DNA of 64,000 nucleotides from a virus, in the IMG/VR virus record IMGVR_UViG_3300037851_000057, positions 1 to 64,000 of that record. One strand, given 5' to 3'. Positions 58,204 through 64,000 of this stretch are shown one piece after another. How positions within the stretch are numbered: position 1 is the stretch's first letter; each line of letters starts with the position of its first letter. A program made the translations under genes and the position numbers. The notes under the pieces were generated by a model. It was not told the DNA's origin. It searched no databases and was given only the letters and a program-made list of their open reading frames with translations.

Positions 58204-60546
58204 TTAGGCGTTGGGCGCCTCGAAAATCTCAACCGTGAAACTGATAAGTTGAACCACGTCTCCATTCCCGTTATCCCAAATCTGGGCGTAGAAGGTGATG
58301 TTCTGGTCAGTCTTATTGAAGCCCCAATCCCAACCGGCCGCGTTGTAGACCTGGCAGTCGTACACGCCCGCGTAGCCCCCGGGGTCCACCATTGCGCGAG
58401 CCCACTGATTGCAAGTCGCCAAGAACCCCGTGTCCTCACGGTAGACGATCTCATCCACCTCGATGGTGGCGTTGATGTACCACCACCGTTGCCGGGTTTG
58501 CGTATTGAAAAGCTGGGCGTTCCATGAAGGACCCTTCGCCCCCACATAGAATCGAATCTCACCCGTGGGTGCGCCGCCCCCCGTATAGGTTTTCACACGG
58601 AACCCGGCTCGAATCCGAACCACCGAACCCGCCTTCAACGTCCCTCCCGGGATGACCACTTGGTCCGGGAAGTTGGTATAGGTACTGGCCGAGGTAATTT
58701 CCTGGGGATCATCCGAGATGTTCGAGTAGAACCCGATGGGGATGCCCACCCACTTGGTCCCATTGTAGAGCTTCAACCGCTGACCATTATCCGAGTCCGA
58801 AAACACGTAACCCGAAGTCGCCGTTCCCGTGGATTGCGGAACCAAGTACAGCTCAGCCCCCCGCAAGTAGGTGCCCGCCTGGACATAGGTGCCCGCCTGG
58901 ACATAGGTGCCCGCCTGCATGAAGCCACCACAGGTGATGTCCGCCTCGGCGTAGATGTCATTGTCCGTGGGGGCTCCCGTGGCCGAGCCCACGTAGAGGC
59001 CGTTGGTCACGGCCAAACCTGCCGACGTGAGGCGCATTTCCTCCACAGCATTCAAGATGAATTGCCAGTTGGTTCCGTCCCAAAGCTGGTAGTCATCCGA
59101 GCCCCAATAGACCCGGCCGCCATCCGCGTAGAGGTAGGTCCCCGCATGAATGGCCCCATCCGTGCGGACTTCATTGTCCGTAGGAGCCGTTCCGGCATTG
59201 CCCACGTAGAGGCCGTTGGTGATGGCCAAGCCGCTCGCCGTGAGGCGCATCTCCTCCGTGGCATTCAGGAACCATTGCCAGTTGGTCCCATCCCAGGCCA
59301 CGTAGTCATCGGTGCCCGCGTAGACCCGGCCGCCGAGGGCTTTCACGTAGCCGTCCGCGATGATGTTGTTGTCCTCGATGGTGCCAAAGCTGCCCACGTA
59401 GAGGCCGTTGGCGACCGACAACCCCGACGCGGAAAGCCGCATCTCCTCCGTAGCATCCAGGAACCAAGACCAGTTGGTGGCGTCCCACGCCTCGTAGTCA
59501 TCGGTGCCCAGGTAGAGGCGCCCACCCGCCCGCATGTACCCTTCGGCGATGATCTCGTTGTCCGTGGGCGAGGTCGTGACGTTGCCCACGTAGAGGCCGT
59601 TCAACACATTCAGGCCGCTCGGCCCGACCCGCATCTCCTCGGTTCCAGCAATCTTGAATTGCCAGTAGTTGTTGGTCCGGTCATAAGCGAGGTCATCATT
59701 GCCACCCGTAGCCGCCCAACGGATGTAGGGGTCCCCCGCCTTGTCCAGGTAGAACTCGGCATCACCGATGGCCAGCCGGTCCTCCACCGGAGCGGCATCG
59801 AACCCGATGTTCATGCCCCCGATGTCCCGGGACCACCACCGCCTGAGCCCCCGACCCTTGATGTCCTCCAGGCTTTGCCGCATGGCCGCCGTGAAGGTCT
59901 GGAGGTCGGTCACGCCGTAGGTGCGTCGATCTGCGTTCCGGTCATTGGCCCCTCCACCGCCATCCGAACTCCAGCCACTTTGGTAGGTGGAGTCCACCGA
60001 ACCCTCGAAGTAGAACTTCCGCTGGTCCACAAGGACCAGGCTGACTCCCGTGTTGTCAGCCGTGCCAATCTGCATCCACTCGGCGCCGGGGCTTCCTGTC
60101 TCCACGCGGACGGACCAGTTGGCCTTACGCCGGGTAGCGATGGTCGATGCGAACTCAGAGCCCGACCCCGCGGGGTCCCAGAAGATGCGCGAGCTGTTGT
60201 CTCCGTCTACCAGCTCGAACCGAAGGTAGACGTTGTAGTTGGTGGGCGTGAGAGGGCCCATGTCGATGGTCTTGGTAAGGTCCCCATCGGCCGAGATGTA
60301 GCCGTGCTGGAGGGCGCCGTCGATACGAGCGGCGAGAAGGGCGCGACCCAAGCTCACCACGAGCTGTTTCCCGCTCGGGTTGGTCATGCCAAAGCCACTC
60401 AGAATCCACGAGCGCACCGCCCCCGTGGGGTTGGTCAGGAATTGCTCCCCTTGCTGGCGGATGGCCGCCTCCAGCGCTTGGCTGGTTGCATAGGAAAAGT
60501 CGCCGTAGTCAACGCGCTCGTTTGCTTCTACTCGAAGGGTGTCCAT
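58204..60546 (-). CDS. tail fibre protein with four ~65-aa internal repeats
   Basis: 780 aa downstream of the baseplate genes. Repeats DDY.AWD.TNW.WFL.ATEEMRL.ASGL...NGLYVG x4 and QAGTYV x3. Confidence 0.7.
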   Translation of the reverse strand: MDTLRVEANERVDYGDFSYATSQALEAAIRQQGEQFLTNPTGAVRSWILSGFGMTNPSGKQLVVSLGRALLAARIDGALQHGYISADGDLTKTIDMGPLTPTNYNVYLRFELVDGDNSSRIFWDPAGSGSEFASTIATRRKANWSVRVETGSPGAEWMQIGTADNTGVSLVLVDQRKFYFEGSVDSTYQSGWSSDGGGGANDRNADRRTYGVTDLQTFTAAMRQSLEDIKGRGLRRWWSRDIGGMNIGFDAAPVEDRLAIGDAEFYLDKAGDPYIRWAATGGNDDLAYDRTNNYWQFKIAGTEEMRVGPSGLNVLNGLYVGNVTTSPTDNEIIAEGYMRAGGRLYLGTDDYEAWDATNWSWFLDATEEMRLSASGLSVANGLYVGSFGTIEDNNIIADGYVKALGGRVYAGTDDYVAWDGTNWQWFLNATEEMRLTASGLAITNGLYVGNAGTAPTDNEVRTDGAIHAGTYLYADGGRVYWGSDDYQLWDGTNWQFILNAVEEMRLTSAGLAVTNGLYVGSATGAPTDNDIYAEADITCGGFMQAGTYVQAGTYVQAGTYLRGAELYLVPQSTGTATSGYVFSDSDNGQRLKLYNGTKWVGIPIGFYSNISDDPQEITSASTYTNFPDQVVIPGGTLKAGSVVRIRAGFRVKTYTGGGAPTGEIRFYVGAKGPSWNAQLFNTQTRQRWWYINATIEVDEIVYREDTGFLATCNQWARAMVDPGGYAGVYDCQVYNAAGWDWGFNKTDQNITFYAQIWDNGNGDVVQLISFTVEIFEAPNA
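58868..58921. repeat. 3 x 18-bp perfect or near-perfect tandem repeat (TAGGTGCCCGCCTGGACA) inside the fibre gene
   Basis: Read directly. Encodes QAGTYV-QAGTYV-QAGTYL. Confidence 0.9.
58957..59700. repeat. four diverged ~190-bp coding repeats in the tail-fibre gene
   Basis: Derived from the protein repeat positions (aa ~283-530). Confidence 0.7.
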
Positions 60547-60553
60547 GATTGCC

Positions 60554-62911
60554 TCACACGATCAAATAGTCTGGAATCACACCGGCCGCCGTCACGTCCG
60601 ACAGGTAGATGCGAACGAACCCCAAGGGGTCCGCCAGGTAGAAGGGGTAGTATTTGAACCACAAGTCTGGAACTTCTTGGATGATGTAGTTGTCCACGTT
60701 CGCATCCAAGAGCACCTGGCTGGAGAGCACCTGGCTGTAGACGGTCCCGAGCACACGGACGAAGTTGGCATCCGTGAACGTCGGGAAGGGTCGCCTGGTC
60801 GTGATCGTCTGTCCCACAATGCTTGCCGCTCCAGGCATGTCATACCGCATCCCGCTTTCAGCGACAAAGGCTGGATGGACTTGCCACGTCAGACCCGTCT
60901 CTGGAACAAAGCTGGGGCCCGTCAGCTCGACCACGTTGGTCTTGGTCGGAATCCACGTTGACCACCCTTCCAAGGGCGTGAGCGTGCCCGGGTCCAGCAT
61001 GGACGTGATCACCCACGTCCCATTGTTGCCCAAGGTGGAGCCCGAAATCTCCAGCGTCTTGCCCAGGTCATCGGGAAACTGGAACAACCGCCCCGAGGTT
61101 GGGATCACCACCCGGGTGGGGTTCACGGAGTCCACCACCGCGTTGGGTCCCGGTATCCCGTCCAGGGTGACTTGAGAGCCGGAGTCCACCGAAACGATCT
61201 GGTAGAGCCCGTTGTTGTTGCCCCCTTGGGGGTTGGCCGCCACCGCTTCCGAGATCAGGAAGTGGCGTCCCACGTCCCCAGCCACGAAGTCGGCCAAGCC
61301 GATGTCGATCTGGTTCGCGCTCACCCGGGTGGCCGTGCGCCCCCACAAGCTGGAAAGATCGGTGATGTCCCGGCTCTTGAGCTGGATCTGTTTCACCACC
61401 ATGTCCGCGCTCGTGAGCCCGCTCACCACGCCGAGGGTCACCCGCCGCTCCGAGCTGGCCACGTCATCCGTGCCGTACACGGCGGTCAGCCGGCGCACCC
61501 CGTCAATCCACACCTCCCACCGTTGCCGGCGCACCTTGACCAACTTGAGGGTGTACCAAGTGTTGCTGCTTACCGTAGCCGTGGCCACCGGCACGCCGAG
61601 CGAGCCGTTGAAGTACCGGGAGAGCCCCACTTGGAGATTGCCACCGCCCAGCCACCGGAACACGATGGCCATGCCCCGCACCCCGTCCTCCAGGCTCAAC
61701 ACCGTGCAAGGCCACGTCTCGGACCCACCGGCCGCCACGGACTTCGCCACCACCTCGACGCTCAAGTCCGCGTTGTCGGTCACCCGGAGCTGGCGCTTGT
61801 AGCGGGCATCGCCGGCCGCCAGGTCGAATTGCACGCCCCCGTTCTGGAGCTTGACCTGGACACCTTCGGTCCCTCCCGAGTACCGCCATGCCTGGCGGAG
61901 GATGTCCGTGGGGAACTCGCGGACGAAGTGTGCGGACGGGTAGGCGGTTCGCGTGTCCGTCAACAGCTCCTCGTCCTTCCAGAAGATGCCGTGCAACGTC
62001 CCACGAGTGATGAACGCCTTGTCCGTGTTGACTTGGTTGGCCGCTACCGGGAGTAGCCACTCGGGGCCGCTCAGGAACGCCTTGCCCTGGGAACGGGCAT
62101 CCGTGGCCGCGGCACCCTTGAGGCGGATGAACACCTTGCAGGGGTAGCGGATCAGGTCCTCGTAAATCTCGAAGTTACCCTCGCCCACGAGCCCGGCCAA
62201 CGCCAGCTCCAACCCGAGCATAGTTCCACGGGGGTTGTAGCTCAGGGCCTTCACGATGGACCGGAAGCGCTCGTCCCCGGCCAAGAAGGGGAGGCGGAAC
62301 ACGCCGATGTTGCGGCCGATGGCGTTCAAGTCCTCGCCGGCCGCGTACTCCACGAGCATGGCGCGGCGGACTTGATCCAGGGCGTTGCGGTTGCGATTCA
62401 GGTCCAACACCGCCGAGTCCACACGATGCTGGCGGTAGGGGCCGGGGATGTTGTCCCCGCCCACCACATGGTAGACCCCATCGAAGGTGGTCCAGGTTTT
62501 GGACGTGTAGTGGTACACCACCCCGTCCACCGAGAACTTGCCATCATCCTGCCAGTCGATGGTGCTCTCCACCGGGAAAGTCTGGATGGCCTTGGAGCTT
62601 TGCGAGGTCCCCGTGGGAACCGGGTAGCCTACCGGATTGGCGATCTGGCACTCGACGTTGGGAATGATGCCCGTGATCTCGAAGTAACGCCCATCGGTGT
62701 CCAACCGAATCCAGTCCCCCTGGACCAGCTCGGACGTGTCCGTGGTTGCCACCGTCAAGGTGCCGTTCCAGTTGAGCGTGGTGGCCAGGGGCGTTCCCGT
62801 TTGCAGCGCCGAGGTCAGCCGGGTCAGGAACATCCCACCAATGAGGTTGTCCTCCTCACCGATACTGGAGGAGAGAGCCCGGAGAATGCCGTAGGGTAGA
62901 GGCGTGGTCAT
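60554..62911 (-). CDS. large baseplate/tail structural protein with concanavalin/LamG-like region (785 aa)
   Basis: Position between baseplate J-like genes and the fibre. ..CTVLSLEDGVRGMAIVFRW..NTWYTLKLVKVRRQRWEVWIDGVRR.. is lectin-fold-like. Confidence 0.6.
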   Translation of the reverse strand: MTTPLPYGILRALSSSIGEEDNLIGGMFLTRLTSALQTGTPLATTLNWNGTLTVATTDTSELVQGDWIRLDTDGRYFEITGIIPNVECQIANPVGYPVPTGTSQSSKAIQTFPVESTIDWQDDGKFSVDGVVYHYTSKTWTTFDGVYHVVGGDNIPGPYRQHRVDSAVLDLNRNRNALDQVRRAMLVEYAAGEDLNAIGRNIGVFRLPFLAGDERFRSIVKALSYNPRGTMLGLELALAGLVGEGNFEIYEDLIRYPCKVFIRLKGAAATDARSQGKAFLSGPEWLLPVAANQVNTDKAFITRGTLHGIFWKDEELLTDTRTAYPSAHFVREFPTDILRQAWRYSGGTEGVQVKLQNGGVQFDLAAGDARYKRQLRVTDNADLSVEVVAKSVAAGGSETWPCTVLSLEDGVRGMAIVFRWLGGGNLQVGLSRYFNGSLGVPVATATVSSNTWYTLKLVKVRRQRWEVWIDGVRRLTAVYGTDDVASSERRVTLGVVSGLTSADMVVKQIQLKSRDITDLSSLWGRTATRVSANQIDIGLADFVAGDVGRHFLISEAVAANPQGGNNNGLYQIVSVDSGSQVTLDGIPGPNAVVDSVNPTRVVIPTSGRLFQFPDDLGKTLEISGSTLGNNGTWVITSMLDPGTLTPLEGWSTWIPTKTNVVELTGPSFVPETGLTWQVHPAFVAESGMRYDMPGAASIVGQTITTRRPFPTFTDANFVRVLGTVYSQVLSSQVLLDANVDNYIIQEVPDLWFKYYPFYLADPLGFVRIYLSDVTAAGVIPDYLIV

Positions 62912-63321
62912 GTCGGCTCCACATTCTCCAGGTTCCGCGGTCCCAACAGATAGTAGGGTGGGAGAATGGCCCGGAGGTCAAAGACGGAGCTGTAGTATTG
63001 CTGGGGATAGACCTGGAGGGCGTTGGGAATGAGCTGTTCCCGCCCGCCATCGGTGCGCCGAATCAGCACGTTGATGACCCCCACGTCCAGGCGCGGGAGG
63101 TAGCACCTCAGCTCGATGTCGTTCCAGTAAATGATGTCATGCCTCTTTCCAGGCTTACCCGTGAACCCCCGCGAGTCCGCCACCGTACCCGTGGGTCCGA
63201 AGTGGACATTGTAGACGTACCCGAACTGGTTGGCGAAGTCGCCGAAGATCCGAAACAGCCGGCCGCCCGCGTTGTCCACGGCCTCGTCGGAGAGGGAGTA
63301 GATGGTGATGGGGTCCGGCAC
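62908..63321 (-). CDS. baseplate-module protein (137 aa)
   Basis: Track ORF. ATGA-type overlap with the downstream gene. An IPT/TIG-like N-terminus is possible. Confidence 0.55.
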   Translation of the reverse strand: MPDPITIYSLSDEAVDNAGGRLFRIFGDFANQFGYVYNVHFGPTGTVADSRGFTGKPGKRHDIIYWNDIELRCYLPRLDVGVINVLIRRTDGGREQLIPNALQVYPQQYYSSVFDLRAILPPYYLLGPRNLENVEPT

Positions 63322-63331
63322 GGTTGTCCTC

Positions 63332-64000
63332 CTATGCGATGATGATGTTTACGTCCGTGGTCCGGGCGATCTGGTCATCCAGAATGGTGATGTTGGTTGC
63401 TGGAACGTCCAAGTCGATGTCGTAGATGCCATCGATCCCCATGATGCGCTTGATCAGCTCGGAGCGCACGAAGTCCCCGGAGATAGGCAGGTTGTTCACG
63501 TAGTCCTTGATGACCTGGCGAGCCGCCGTCTTGGCCTCGTCCTGGTCGTAGCCGTCCTTCACCGTCAGGGTGCATTGGATGTTCTGGAGAAGGACCTGGG
63601 GCGTGTCTACCTCGACGTAGACACCGGCCGCCCGGTAGCCCGGGAAGTTGTCCCGGTCGTTGGGGTCGCCGTCGATGATCTTCTGAGCGTAGGCAATGAG
63701 CCCCGTGAAGTAGGTGTAGTCCGCGATGACCTTCTCCCCCGTCACCAAGGGGGTGATGAAGTCGATCTGGCCGTTGGTTGGATTCAGGATGTAGTCCGTG
63801 GTCAGGACGAGCACCCCGCGGGTGGAGCTGACCACGCTCAGAGGCTCGGAGTCCTTGAGCGGCTTGTTGTCGGTGTAGAGGGTCGTCTCCCCGCCCACCG
63901 CCGTGTTGGGAGGCGGACCATCCAAGCCGTTGGTGAGGTTGTCCGTCGCCCGCGAGCTGGCGCCCGCGCCCGTGGGGATGGTTGCCCCGCCCGGGTTCAG
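63332..64000 (-). CDS. baseplate J-like protein, C-terminal part (N-terminus beyond window end)
   Basis: The frame stays open from 63925 to 64000 (the track start is only a TTG). The C-terminal pattern ..VYVEVDTPQVLLQNIQCTLTVKDGYD..VIKDYVNNLPISGDFVRSELIKRIMGIDGIYD.. is gpJ/gp47-like. Confidence 0.55.
   Translation of the reverse strand: MNPGGATIPTGAGASSRATDNLTNGLDGPPPNTAVGGETTLYTDNKPLKDSEPLSVVSSTRGVLVLTTDYILNPTNGQIDFITPLVTGEKVIADYTYFTGLIAYAQKIIDGDPNDRDNFPGYRAAGVYVEVDTPQVLLQNIQCTLTVKDGYDQDEAKTAARQVIKDYVNNLPISGDFVRSELIKRIMGIDGIYDIDLDVPATNITILDDQIARTTDVNIIIA

Noticed and set aside
1-64000. Search for integrase, excisionase, CI/Cro-type lysogeny switch, att-like repeats, toxin-antitoxin or known defence/anti-defence gene signatures
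   Set aside because: I recognised none by motif. Absence in a by-eye scan of a partial genome is not proof. The many small orphan proteins could hide such functions.

Overview
This is a high-GC (roughly mid-60s % by eye) 64-kb stretch of a large tailed dsDNA phage or prophage genome. Every credible gene (about 100) is on the minus strand, so transcription runs from coordinate 64000 towards 1. The long plus-strand ORFs in the track are antisense shadows. In transcription order the window holds: baseplate and tail-fibre genes (64000-58204); small coiled-coil and membrane (holin/spanin-like) genes (58184-56333); a ~370-bp structured, partly AT-rich non-coding region with a dense GATC cluster (55965-56332); a replication module (SF2 helicase, Hfq-like protein, DnaB, primase, sigma-like factor, histone-H1-like protein, PolA); a recombination module (UvsY-like, SSB-like, RecA-like, SbcCD, RuvC); a sliding clamp and a cell-wall amidase; about 50 small genes, many encoding cysteine-rich/zinc-ribbon or HTH proteins, packed with 1-14 nt start/stop overlaps; nucleotide-metabolism genes (ThyX, MazG, Tmk, dNK); a ParB-MT-A70 methyltransferase fusion; a lower-GC HNH homing endonuclease; and finally TerL, a ~980-aa proline-rich protein, portal, and a zincin-motif protein that runs off the window. 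I saw no tRNA, rRNA, CRISPR, integrase or obvious lysogeny repressor. The most notable non-coding signals are: (1) four near-identical consensus promoters, each embedded in a 26-bp inverted repeat; (2) a conserved 12-nt translation-initiation motif (GAGGAGAGCGAC) before more than 20 genes; (3) an identical 28-bp perfect palindrome found once inside the ParB-methylase gene and once 44.5 kb away; (4) a candidate origin region. All functional calls come from motif recognition by eye. No database search or computation was possible. Refined start codons were checked only for reading-frame consistency with the track stops.
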